Both the position numbers and the translations under genes were made by a program. Positions 1 to 8,737 of a stretch of DNA of 64,000 nucleotides are shown here, one piece after another (within the stretch, counting starts at the first letter, position 1; the number at the start of each line of letters is the position of its first letter). A model generated the notes under the pieces. The model was not told the origin of the DNA and searched no databases. It saw only the letters and a program-made list of their open reading frames with translations. The stretch comes from Acetomicrobium sp. UBA5826 (GTDB taxonomy: Bacteria; Synergistota; Synergistia; Synergistales; Acetomicrobiaceae), in assembly GCF_002433005.1 (NCBI RefSeq), contig NZ_DJHF01000025.1, positions 45,944-109,943 of the forward strand, given 5' to 3'.

Positions 1-421
1 TCGAAACACTGTAGTAAGCGAGGATCCTTGGGTTACCAAAGAAAAAAGGGATTTCATGTACGTCTTTTCCACGGGCATGGTTCCCGAGGAAGAAGAAATT
101 TTGGCTGCCATTTCTGCAACGCGATTTGTTGTGGTCCAAACTCCCTTTAAAGTTAGGCCCTTGGTCAACCTTGCAGACATACTTCTGCCAGCACCTGCGT
201 GGTACGAAAGAAGCGGTCATTACTGCACCATCGAAGGAGAGCGCAGAAAGCTCAATACAATCGTTCCTCCAAAAGGCGATCTAAAGGGGCTGCATTATGT
301 GATGGATGAATTTGCAAAGAAGCTGGGTGTGAAGCTTGGGAAGCCGGAAACGTCTCCTTGCGAGGAGGTTTTTACATCACAAGCTCGGGCCAGCGAGGCT
401 CGCATAATTCCATTAAAATAA
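1..421 (+). CDS. 3' end of a molybdopterin-oxidoreductase/NuoG-like hydrogenase subunit (HydA-like subunit of a HydABCSL-type NiFe hydrogenase), partial
   Basis: Frame open from the window start; ADILLPAPAWYERSGHYCTIEGERR matches the NuoG/FdhA C-terminal motif; directly upstream of the NiFe small and large subunits. Confidence 0.75.
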   Translation, partial: RNTVVSEDPWVTKEKRDFMYVFSTGMVPEEEEILAAISATRFVVVQTPFKVRPLVNLADILLPAPAWYERSGHYCTIEGERRKLNTIVPPKGDLKGLHYVMDEFAKKLGVKLGKPETSPCEEVFTSQARASEARIIPLK

Positions 422-444
422 TTTCTTTTGGGAGGTGAAGTTCC

Positions 445-984
445 ATGGCTAAGGCAAAAGTTGCGACATATTGGTTAGAAGCGTGCGCAGGATGTCATAT
501 GTCTTTCCTTGATATAGATGAAAAATTGGTCGATTTATTTAAAAACGTAGAAATACTTTTTTCACCTATAGTAGACGCAAAGGACATTCCAGATATAGAT
601 GTAGGAGTGCTATCCGGCGGTTTGGGTAACGTTGAGGAATTAGAGATAGCCAGAAAAATGAGGGAAAGATGCAAGTATTTGGTTGCCTGGGGAGATTGCG
701 CTGTGTTCGGCGGCATTAATTGTATGCGCAATTTTATACCGAAGGATAGGGTTTTAAAAGAGGGTTATATCGACACTGCCAGCACCGTTAATCCTCAAGG
801 AATAATACCTAGCGAGGATATACCCGAATTGCTTCCAAGGGCATTACCCTTAGATTATGAGGTGAAGGTCGACGTTTACGTGCCCGGATGTCCGCCTGAT
901 GCAGATACTATCTACTACGTCTTCACAGAGCTGTTAGCAGGGCGTGTTCCTAAAGTTCCCTCGGAAATGATGCGTTACGACTAG
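445..984 (+). CDS. hoxY: group 3 [NiFe]-hydrogenase small subunit (HoxY/HydS)
   Basis: CAGC, GDCA and PGCPP Fe-S motifs; 179 aa single-cluster size; SD GGAGGTG. Confidence 0.9.
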   Translation: MAKAKVATYWLEACAGCHMSFLDIDEKLVDLFKNVEILFSPIVDAKDIPDIDVGVLSGGLGNVEELEIARKMRERCKYLVAWGDCAVFGGINCMRNFIPKDRVLKEGYIDTASTVNPQGIIPSEDIPELLPRALPLDYEVKVDVYVPGCPPDADTIYYVFTELLAGRVPKVPSEMMRYD

Positions 985-998
985 AGGAAGGGGAGGAA

Positions 999-2432
999 AT
1001 GGCCATGACTGAGGTCTACAAATTAGAGATTAATCCGGTAACAAGGATTGAAGGACACGGGAAGATAACCGTAATGCTTGATGAGGCTGGGGAGGTGAAA
1101 GAAGCCAGGTTTCATGTAACCCAGTATAGAGGGTTTGAAGTTTTTACCAAAGGAAGGGATTTCAGGGAGATGCCGGTGATAACTCCGCGAATTTGCGGCA
1201 TCTGTCCTGTATCGCATCATTTGGCATCCGCTAAAGCATGCGACGATATTTTAGGTGTTACCATTACGCCTGCAGCCCACAAGCTAAGGGAGCTCATGCA
1301 TATGGGGCAAATTGTTCAATCCCACGCCCTGAGTTTCTTTCATCTGTCTAGCCCCGATATTTTGCTAGGTTTTGATGCTCCTGTGAAGATAAGAAATGTG
1401 GTCGGTTTGGCGGAACGCTATCCGGAGCTTGCGAAAAAGGGGATATTGCTTCGCAAGTTTGGTCAGGAAATAATAAAAACTTTGGGTGGCAAAAAAGTTC
1501 ACCCTTGGCACAGCATTCCTGGCGGTGTAAACAGGAGCCTGACGCCCCAGGAGCGGGATAATATAGTCGCTCAAATTCCCGAAATGAAATCAATAGCGCT
1601 GGAAGCAATTAAGTTGATTAAGGGTTATTTGGAAGAAGGGAAGGAAGAGGCGAAGGAGTTTGCAACTGTAGAAACTGCCTATATGGGCCTGGTTCGAGAC
1701 GGCAATCTCGAGCTTTACGACGGGAACATTCGGATTAAAGCGCCAAGAGGAAGGATTTTGGATGAATTCGATCCAAAGGATTATCTTAAATATATAGGAG
1801 AGCACGTCGAACCCTGGAGCTACTTGAAATTTCCTTTCTATAAATCCTTGGGATTTCCACACGGTTCCTATAGGGTTGGCCCCCTTGCCAGGTTAAATGC
1901 CGCAGATAATATCGATACGCCACAGGCTTCCAAGGAGTACGCGCTATACAAGCAAATTACTGACGATGGCATAGTGCCCTATACACTTTACTACCACTAC
2001 GCTAGATTGATAGAGGCTCTTTACGGCATAGAGCGTATCGAGCAGTTGCTTTCTGACCCCGAGATTACATCTAGCGATCTCAGGGTTACATCTAAGGAGA
2101 TCAACCCGGAGGGGGTAGGAGTTATAGAGGCTCCCAGGGGGACCCTTATTCACCATTATTGGGTTAACGAGAGCGGAGTTATCACGAAGGTCAACTTGAT
2201 AGTAGCGACTGGCCATAACAACTATGCCATGAATAAAGGCGTCGAGGCGGTGGCCAAGAAATTCATCAAGGGCAGAGATATACCGGAGGGTGTGTTTAAC
2301 AGATTGGAGCATGTTATCCGAGCTTACGATCCCTGCTTATCCTGTTCCACTCACGCTGTGGGCAAGATGCCGTTAAAATTAGAGTTAATATCATCCGCTG
2401 GTGAGGTAATTAAAGAGGTCGTGAGGGGCTAA
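999..2432 (+). CDS. hoxH: [NiFe]-hydrogenase large subunit (HoxH/HydL)
   Basis: TRIEGHG, RICGIC (L1) and DPCLSCSTH (L2) motifs, followed by a cleavable C-terminal tail. Confidence 0.95.
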   Translation: MAMTEVYKLEINPVTRIEGHGKITVMLDEAGEVKEARFHVTQYRGFEVFTKGRDFREMPVITPRICGICPVSHHLASAKACDDILGVTITPAAHKLRELMHMGQIVQSHALSFFHLSSPDILLGFDAPVKIRNVVGLAERYPELAKKGILLRKFGQEIIKTLGGKKVHPWHSIPGGVNRSLTPQERDNIVAQIPEMKSIALEAIKLIKGYLEEGKEEAKEFATVETAYMGLVRDGNLELYDGNIRIKAPRGRILDEFDPKDYLKYIGEHVEPWSYLKFPFYKSLGFPHGSYRVGPLARLNAADNIDTPQASKEYALYKQITDDGIVPYTLYYHYARLIEALYGIERIEQLLSDPEITSSDLRVTSKEINPEGVGVIEAPRGTLIHHYWVNESGVITKVNLIVATGHNNYAMNKGVEAVAKKFIKGRDIPEGVFNRLEHVIRAYDPCLSCSTHAVGKMPLKLELISSAGEVIKEVVRG

Positions 2433-2894
2433 TTGTCGATGAACGTGATTGTATTGGGCTATGGCAATTCCTTCAGGAGGGATGATGGCGTAGGGCAGAG
2501 GGGAGCATATGTCATTGCTGAATGGCTGAACGAAATTGGACATGAAGCAACTACTTGGGTTGGGCACCAATTGCTTCCTGAGGTAGCGCTTGAATTGGAA
2601 GGAAAGGATCTCGCCATCTTCGTCGATGCATCTGTGGATCAATATTCCGACGGTTACAATATAGCCGAAGTTACGTCCTCTGCCGATATCGATGGTCTTA
2701 ACCTTCACACCTGCACTCCAGGATGGATAAAGCATTTGGCTGCACAGATGGGGATTGATATGCCCAAAATAGTCATGGTGTCTGTTTCCGGCGTTGACTT
2801 TGATTTTGGTGAATCATTGAGTTGTATATGTATGGAAAGGTTTAACAAAGCATTGGAAGGTTTTAAAAAGTACTTTACAGATAATTTCTGTTGA
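2433..2894 (+). CDS. hydrogenase maturation protease
   Basis: VLGYGNSFRRDDGVG and IFVDA motifs; follows the large subunit. Confidence 0.9.
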   Translation: MSMNVIVLGYGNSFRRDDGVGQRGAYVIAEWLNEIGHEATTWVGHQLLPEVALELEGKDLAIFVDASVDQYSDGYNIAEVTSSADIDGLNLHTCTPGWIKHLAAQMGIDMPKIVMVSVSGVDFDFGESLSCICMERFNKALEGFKKYFTDNFC

Positions 2895-2902
2895 ACATTT
2901 TG

Positions 2903-2911
2903 TGTTATAAT
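2903..2911 (+). promoter_or_regulatory. extended -10 promoter (TGnTATAAT) for the 6S RNA
   Basis: TGTTATAAT about 8 nt before the 5' end of the structured RNA. Confidence 0.65.
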
Positions 2912-2919
2912 ATAGGTGC

Positions 2920-3098
2920 AAAAGCCCTGCGGTGTTCGTGCTATGCCGAAGAGCCTTGAGCCAACACTAAATCCGATCGAGGCTGACTCCTGTCCGGCTG
3001 AGGAGATCTTAAAGGATCACCAAGGCTAAGGACGGGGAGGCCTCACCAATAGGTGAGGATCGGGTCAAGGCCTTCTTGGCACGGCATTGCGGGGTTTT
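2920..3098 (+). ncRNA. ssrS: 6S RNA
   Basis: ~180-nt intergenic element whose ends pair (AAAGCCCTGCGGTGTTCGTGC with GCACGGCATTGCGGGGTTT); inner pairing CCTTGA/TCAAGG; TTGAGCCAACACT segment resembles Firmicutes-type 6S RNAs; own promoter; rarA nearby. Confidence 0.8.
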
Positions 3099-3140
3099 TC
3101 TAATATTTTATTTTTAATATCATTTTTGGGAGCTGGTAAT

Positions 3141-4115
3141 TTGCAGGCTTTTAGCGGTCCCTACTGGCATCCGGCTAATCAAAGAGGTTTTATACTCGAT
3201 TGGGATGGGGTTCTGGCTGAAACGAAATTGGATTTTACTCCCATATACGAAAGCTTTTTTGGGGGTAAAAGGGTTATGATTTTAGAGGAAGCGGTAAAGC
3301 TTCCTGCAACAGAGAGAGACGCGCTTTATGAGGCAATAGAAAAGATAGAAGTTGAGGGCGCTGAAAAAGCCAAACCGGTTTTAGGAGCTGTGGAATTGAT
3401 ATCATGGCTTGAAAAAAATGACATTCCCTGGGCTGTAGTGAGCCGAAACACCAAAAAGTGCGTCGCCATGGCGGCCAAAAGGGCTTCCATTAAACTCCCC
3501 CCGATCGTAATTACCAGAGATGACGGCCTATTGAAGCCGGACCCGCAAGTTTTTTTAAAAGCTTCAGAGCTTCTCGAGATACCGTGGTATCAATGTGTCG
3601 TTATAGGAGATTTTCTGTATGATATTGTGGGCGCTAGACGTGCATGTATGAGGGCTGTTCTCGTTAGACGAGCTAACGAAGAATGGAGTAACTGGGCAGA
3701 TGTAGCATACAACGAAGTTATAGATTTGTTTTACGCACTGGGGAATCCGCAACCTTTGATACCATGGGAATACCAGCCTGTCGTACGTAAAAGGGGTTTT
3801 AAATGGCTCGAAAGGGCTTTTGGGTTGACGGTAAAACTTGTCGGAGATGACGCTTTTGAAATCCTTGCCAAGCTGGCGGCGATGGGAGTAGGCTCCTTTT
3901 GTATAGACAATGAGGGTAGGCTTGAGGCTGATCGTTGGCGAAATAGCCCTTACATCGACCCCAAATATCTTTGGGAGCCCTTGGATAAGGTTGTAAGTGA
4001 TTTTCTCATAAAGCGTTTTCCTCTGGCTAAGGTTGTAAGTGATGGGGAAGTTCTAAATTTGCCATGCGGGATGTCGGAAAGCATTTCCTTCATCGAGGAG
4101 TTGTTGTCCCGATGA
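3141..4115 (+). CDS. HAD-family hydrolase with an extra C-terminal (possibly degenerate ThiF/E1-like) domain
   Basis: DWDGVL motif I, SRN, KPDP and GDFLYD motifs; TTG start after GGAG (the track start 3087 overlaps the 6S RNA). Confidence 0.8.
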   Translation: MQAFSGPYWHPANQRGFILDWDGVLAETKLDFTPIYESFFGGKRVMILEEAVKLPATERDALYEAIEKIEVEGAEKAKPVLGAVELISWLEKNDIPWAVVSRNTKKCVAMAAKRASIKLPPIVITRDDGLLKPDPQVFLKASELLEIPWYQCVVIGDFLYDIVGARRACMRAVLVRRANEEWSNWADVAYNEVIDLFYALGNPQPLIPWEYQPVVRKRGFKWLERAFGLTVKLVGDDAFEILAKLAAMGVGSFCIDNEGRLEADRWRNSPYIDPKYLWEPLDKVVSDFLIKRFPLAKVVSDGEVLNLPCGMSESISFIEELLSR

Positions 4116-5458
4116 GTCAAATGCAAAAAGATCTATTTGAAAATTACGTCGGCAATATTATCGAGGAAAGCAAAGTCAGCAGGGAGCAAGGATTAGAGGT
4201 TCCTCTGGCAGAAAGGATGCGTCCTGCTAAATTAGAGGATTTTGTCGGTCAGGAACACCTTCTAGGGAAGGATAAGCCGCTTAGACGATTGCTCGAAGCT
4301 GGACAGGTGCCAAGCTGTATCCTCTATGGTCCTCCCGGAAGCGGAAAAACGACGTTAGTAAGGGCAATGGCTTCCTTAACAGGAAGAAAATTGTTCGAAA
4401 TTAATGCCGTAACTGCTAAAGTAGCTCAACTGCGGGATGTGGTTGATATAGCGAGAAACTTAAAAAGAAGTACAGGAAAATCGGCAATAGTTTTTATTGA
4501 TGAAATTTATCATTTCAACAAGCAACAACAAAACGCCCTGCTCCCTTCAGTTGAGAGGGGAGATTTGATTTTAGTGGGCACTACTACTGAAAATCCTTAT
4601 TTTGAAATAAACAAGACCCTTCTTTCGAGGGCGGTCGTATTCGAGCTTAAGCCCCTTGCGCCACGAGATATCGAGCACATTCTCTATAGGGCCCTTCGGG
4701 ATAAAGAAAAGGGTTTGGGGATGTTTGACGTAGAAGTAGACGAGCAGGCTATTGCCTTCATTTCCCGCGCTGCTGGTGGCGATGCGAGGCAAGCACTTCT
4801 GCGATTGGAGTCGGTCGTTTTGGCATCTGTAGCTTCGGGGAAAAAGAGGGTAACACTGGAAGATGTTGTTCAATTGGCGCCAAAGTCCTTGCAAATATAC
4901 GACAAGTCTTCGGACAAGCATTATGATATCATTTCAGCCTTTATAAAAAGCATGAGAGGTTCCGACCCCGATGCAGCCGTTTACTGGCTTGCCAGGATGG
5001 TGGCCGGAGGAGAGGATATCAGATTTATAGCCAGGAGGATGCTTATATTTGCTGCCGAGGATGTTGGGTTGGCAAACCCATTTGCATTGGTTTTGGCAGA
5101 AGCTGCGGCAAGCGCGGTGGACCATGTCGGACTGCCCGAGGCGAGGATTATATTGTCTGAATGTGCAATCTATCTCGCCTGCGCCGAGAAGAGCAACAGT
5201 TCTTACAAGGCCATCGATTCTGCTTTAAACGCTATAGAAAAGGGCGAAATCCAAGAAGTTCCACTCCATCTTAAATCCCATGGCGAAGGATATGTGTATC
5301 CCCACGACGACCCGAGACATTGGGTCCCCCAAAAGTACATGACTGTTCCAAAGCGTTTTTATTTTCCTGGCAATGTAGGTCACGAATGGAGCATTTCCAA
5401 GAGATTGCAGAAATTATGGAAGAGATATTCCAATAAAAACGATGACGACCGAAATTAG
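4112..5458 (+). CDS. rarA: replication-associated recombination protein A (RarA/MgsA AAA+ ATPase)
   Basis: PLAERMRP, GPPGSGKTT, FIDEI, ISAFIKSMRGSDPDAA, YVYPHD. Confidence 0.95.
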   Translation: MSQMQKDLFENYVGNIIEESKVSREQGLEVPLAERMRPAKLEDFVGQEHLLGKDKPLRRLLEAGQVPSCILYGPPGSGKTTLVRAMASLTGRKLFEINAVTAKVAQLRDVVDIARNLKRSTGKSAIVFIDEIYHFNKQQQNALLPSVERGDLILVGTTTENPYFEINKTLLSRAVVFELKPLAPRDIEHILYRALRDKEKGLGMFDVEVDEQAIAFISRAAGGDARQALLRLESVVLASVASGKKRVTLEDVVQLAPKSLQIYDKSSDKHYDIISAFIKSMRGSDPDAAVYWLARMVAGGEDIRFIARRMLIFAAEDVGLANPFALVLAEAAASAVDHVGLPEARIILSECAIYLACAEKSNSSYKAIDSALNAIEKGEIQEVPLHLKSHGEGYVYPHDDPRHWVPQKYMTVPKRFYFPGNVGHEWSISKRLQKLWKRYSNKNDDDRN

Positions 5459-5474
5459 ACTGATTTTCCTTCAA

Positions 5475-6239
5475 TCATCGTTCAATAAATAGCTTAATTC
5501 GATAAGCTATTATTCCAACGTGCTCTTTTAAGGCCAAGCTATTGATATGCAAGCTCGAAGCGCCGGGCAAGAAGTCTATAATCGACAATGGAGCGTTATC
5601 TGCCATTTTACCCACGGGAAAGGGGTGCCAGTTAATTTCGGGAGCCAACCCTTGGGCGATTAAATGTGCCCGAGGCATATGATATCCATGCGTGACTAGG
5701 ATCGCATGTTTAAGTTCCAAAGACCTCAAAATGGACGAGGCATTTTTAATATTTTCCCAAGTCGTTCTTGATTGCGACTCTTCGTAGATCAGTAAATCCG
5801 GGAAAAGCTCCTTAACCTTTTTTGCCATCGTCATTGCCTCAGGCACTTCCTGCGAATATGATCCGCCACACAGTAAAATTGGCCAATTGAAGTTCACGGC
5901 CAACTCTATGCCCCCGAACAGGCGCATTAATGTATGTGGCGATACTTCCGCTTTATCGGGGTCCGAGGTCCTGCGCTGCCCTCCACCAAGCACCACGATC
6001 GCAGCTTTATCTGCAGGCAGAGAAGGTGCAACCATATTCTCCAATCTGCCAAGTGCAATTCTGGAGGTGATAGGCGTGCTTAAAAGATAAAAACTAAGGG
6101 CAATCAAAAGCAAAAAGCATCCGAGAAAAACCTTTCTAGGCCTCTTAAAGGCTGATAAAGAGGCAATAAACAATAGCAAGACCCATATTCCTGGAGGTAC
6201 GACGAAGGAACCTATTATTTTATAAAGTGTGAAAAGCAT
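5475..6239 (-). CDS. YdcF/ElyC-family (DUF218) membrane protein
   Basis: N-terminal TM helices; IVVLGGG, ESQSRTTWEN, LVTHGYHMPRA. Confidence 0.85.
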   Translation of the reverse strand: MLFTLYKIIGSFVVPPGIWVLLLFIASLSAFKRPRKVFLGCFLLLIALSFYLLSTPITSRIALGRLENMVAPSLPADKAAIVVLGGGQRRTSDPDKAEVSPHTLMRLFGGIELAVNFNWPILLCGGSYSQEVPEAMTMAKKVKELFPDLLIYEESQSRTTWENIKNASSILRSLELKHAILVTHGYHMPRAHLIAQGLAPEINWHPFPVGKMADNAPLSIIDFLPGASSLHINSLALKEHVGIIAYRIKLFIER

Positions 6240-6261
6240 AGCATTTCCACATTATTCTATG

Positions 6262-6939
6262 CTAATCCGGTTCACCGGCAGGTGAGGCATCTTTTAGAAA
6301 GGCCAAGAGAGCATCCCGGGCACCTTCCAAATGATTTTGCAACAACCTAATGGCCCTTTCTTCGTCTTTTTCCAATATGGCATCTATTAACCTGACATGT
6401 TCCATTGACGATTCCTTAAGATCTACACCCTTTATGGAATAGTGTCTATAAAGCTGAATTAGATCATACGTCTCCATTAAAAATTGGTTTAGAAATCTAT
6501 TATCGCATGAGTTGCGCAGGAAAGAATGAAAGGCTGTGTCTTGTAACAAAAAAGCGTTGGGGTCGGTACTATGATCAACAGAGGCGAAGTATTCTCTAAA
6601 GCGTAGTAGTTCCTCCTTCGGTCCCTTCTTACAAATCCTTTTTACAGCTATTGTTTCCAGAGCGATCCTTACTTCGTAAAGGTCGTTTACGTCTTTTTCC
6701 GTGGGAAGGGTAACAAAAGCTCCCTTTCTCGGAACGAGCTTAACAATTCCGGTTTGAGCCAGCTGTCTTATGGCCTCTCGTATTGGGGTTCTGGATACCG
6801 CTAAAGTTTGTGCCAATTCGGTCTCGGAAAGTTTTTCCCCCGGTTTGATGATTCCCATTATTATTGCGTCCCGTATCTTGTTATAAACTATTTGTCTTAA
6901 ATCGGTACTTTCAGCGGGAGTAAGCGGATTACTTGTCAT
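6262..6939 (-). CDS. GntR/FadR-family transcriptional regulator
   Basis: PGEKLSETELAQTLAVSRTPIREA wHTH plus FCD-like domain. Confidence 0.9.
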   Translation of the reverse strand: MTSNPLTPAESTDLRQIVYNKIRDAIIMGIIKPGEKLSETELAQTLAVSRTPIREAIRQLAQTGIVKLVPRKGAFVTLPTEKDVNDLYEVRIALETIAVKRICKKGPKEELLRFREYFASVDHSTDPNAFLLQDTAFHSFLRNSCDNRFLNQFLMETYDLIQLYRHYSIKGVDLKESSMEHVRLIDAILEKDEERAIRLLQNHLEGARDALLAFLKDASPAGEPD

Positions 6940-6986
6940 ATAGCTTTTCCTCCTTAAAGGTTGTATTTATTTTTTACAAAGTATAC

Positions 6987-7502
6987 TTAATTCTCCCTAT
7001 TTTGTAAATCGTTGTTCGTCCACAATGCTAAGGCATATAACGCATCAGATAACCTATTGATAAAAACATAGGCGTTTTCCTCTATTTCTTTGTTTCTCAA
7101 TAACTTTACAGCTATCCTTTCTGCTCTTCTGGCCACTGTGCGTGCTGTATGGAGAGCTGCTTCCGATATGGATTCGCCGGGCAATACAAAGCTCGGTTTG
7201 TCCTTCGAAATAGAACGTAATACCTTTGAAATAATTTCTTCCAGCCAAATAACATCGGGAGCGCTTAAGTCGGGAAATAAAGCCAAGTAACCCATAAAGC
7301 GGCTTAAATCCCTTTCCAATCGCAAGAGCGTACCCTTTATTTCTTCGTTTTTGCAGGTAGCACGCGCCATTCCGATGTGTGCCTGACATTCATCTAAGGT
7401 TCCGTATAACTCGACCCTTGGATGATCCTTGGGAACTCTTTCCCCATTGCCAAGGCTGGTCATGCCTTGGTCTCCTGTCTTGGTCGTTATTTTAATCTCC
7501 AA
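6987..7502 (-). CDS. PduO-type ATP:cob(I)alamin adenosyltransferase
   Basis: TKTGDQGMT, YGTLDE, RTVARRAER and NRLSD motifs. Confidence 0.9.
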   Translation of the reverse strand: MEIKITTKTGDQGMTSLGNGERVPKDHPRVELYGTLDECQAHIGMARATCKNEEIKGTLLRLERDLSRFMGYLALFPDLSAPDVIWLEEIISKVLRSISKDKPSFVLPGESISEAALHTARTVARRAERIAVKLLRNKEIEENAYVFINRLSDALYALALWTNNDLQNREN

Positions 7503-7541
7503 CGCTGGTCCCCCTTTGAGATGAAAATTTTATTCCCTTTT

Positions 7542-7964
7542 TCATTTTGCACGTATGAAAATGGCCTCGCCTTCGACGCAAGTGTTTCCTTCTTCATCCT
7601 TGATAACGGCAGAAGTATAAGCTCTTCTGCCCTCCTTTCTTTCAAGGAAACCTTGGGCCACGTATTTTCCCCCGGAGCGCACCGCCCTTCTAAAGGATAT
7701 GGTTAGTTTCCCAGTAACATAGATGTCATCGTCCGACGCTTTTATTGACCATGCCATGGCATCGTCTATAATAGCTGCAAGCAGTCCGCCGTGAACCATT
7801 CCTTCGTAGCCACACCAGCTCTCGTCGGGAATGAAACTGATAGAAGTGTACCTTGATTCATCGTCCCAGAAGATGTTCAGTCTGAGACTTCGAGGATTAT
7901 CATTTTCGTTTCCACATACAAAACACGATGGCGTTCCTTGCAGTTTTACAAGGCTCATTTCCAA
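7542..7964 (-). CDS. PaaI-family (hotdog) thioesterase
   Basis: CFVCG..N and VHGGLLAAIIDDAM motifs. Confidence 0.85.
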   Translation of the reverse strand: MEMSLVKLQGTPSCFVCGNENDNPRSLRLNIFWDDESRYTSISFIPDESWCGYEGMVHGGLLAAIIDDAMAWSIKASDDDIYVTGKLTISFRRAVRSGGKYVAQGFLERKEGRRAYTSAVIKDEEGNTCVEGEAIFIRAK

Positions 7965-8031
7965 TCCCCCTTTGTGGTAACATCGATTACAGGTAAATAA
8001 TACTCTTTATTTTAGGGGGTTTTAAACTTAC

Positions 8032-8283
8032 ATGAAAGATAGAATAAGCGCATCATTACTCGCACAATACGTATATTGCCCCCGTGCGGCATGGTATAGG
8101 GCCCATGGTTTTACCCCCCAAGGCAACGGTGGCGGAAAAGCCCTTCAAAAGGGGCAAAGGGCCCATAGATGGTTTGGCTTCATAGAAAAGCTTAAAGGTT
8201 TTTGGAGCAGCGTCTGGAGGACTGCCTTTTTTCTCATCGCTGTTGGAGGGGCCTTACTTTGTTTGTATCTGATGTTGAAATAG
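8032..8283 (+). CDS. N-terminal half of a split Cas4-like nuclease, with C-terminal TM helix
   Basis: ISASLLAQYVYCPRAAW...KGQRAH matches the Cas4/PD-(D/E)XK N-terminal motif; ends in hydrophobic AFFLIAVGGALLCLYLML. Confidence 0.75.
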   Translation: MKDRISASLLAQYVYCPRAAWYRAHGFTPQGNGGGKALQKGQRAHRWFGFIEKLKGFWSSVWRTAFFLIAVGGALLCLYLMLK

Positions 8284-8729
8284 CTGGCATTACAATCGCT
8301 GCAGTCTGCATATTGGGAATTTACGTTTGGTGGATGAGGGAAATTCCCGTAAGCATCGATTCGAAATTGTGGAAGGGGCAAATTTTTACGGGCAGGCCCG
8401 ATGCAGTAATAAAAAAAGGTCCCTGGCACATACCGATAGAGTATAAAAGCTCAAATTACGATGAACCAACGGAAAGCCACAGATTACAACTTTTGTGTTA
8501 TTGCTTCCTGTTGGAAGAGGCAGGTTTCAAAGTACCCTACGGGCTATTGCAATATCGAGGGAAAAAGTTCAAAATACGCTGGAATAAGAGGACGAAAGGC
8601 TATTTGATGCAAATTGCAGATGAAGCTTTAGATGTGCTCTCTAAAGATTTTCCTCCTCCCCCGCTGGAAGAAGGGGACGGAAGGTGTTATAAATGTGCTT
8701 ATCGTTTTATCTGTAAACAACAGGACTAA
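8259..8729 (+). CDS. cas4: C-terminal (catalytic) half of a split Cas4-like RecB-family nuclease, with N-terminal TM anchor
   Basis: GRPD, IEYK, QLLCY and terminal CYKCAYRFIC; N-terminal IAGITIAAVCILGIYVWW; SD GGAGGG 8 nt before TTG 8259. Confidence 0.8.
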   Translation: MFVSDVEIAGITIAAVCILGIYVWWMREIPVSIDSKLWKGQIFTGRPDAVIKKGPWHIPIEYKSSNYDEPTESHRLQLLCYCFLLEEAGFKVPYGLLQYRGKKFKIRWNKRTKGYLMQIADEALDVLSKDFPPPPLEEGDGRCYKCAYRFICKQQD

Positions 8730-8737
8730 AGAAAGGG

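Noticed and set aside
2320-2360. [NiFeSe] hydrogenase
   Set aside because: The L2 motif is DPCLSC with a TGC codon; no in-frame TGA.
3986-4043. 16-bp direct repeat TAAGGTTGTAAGTGAT (KVVSD twice, 42-bp period)
   Set aside because: Short, in frame, two copies only; best explained as a local duplication or chance.
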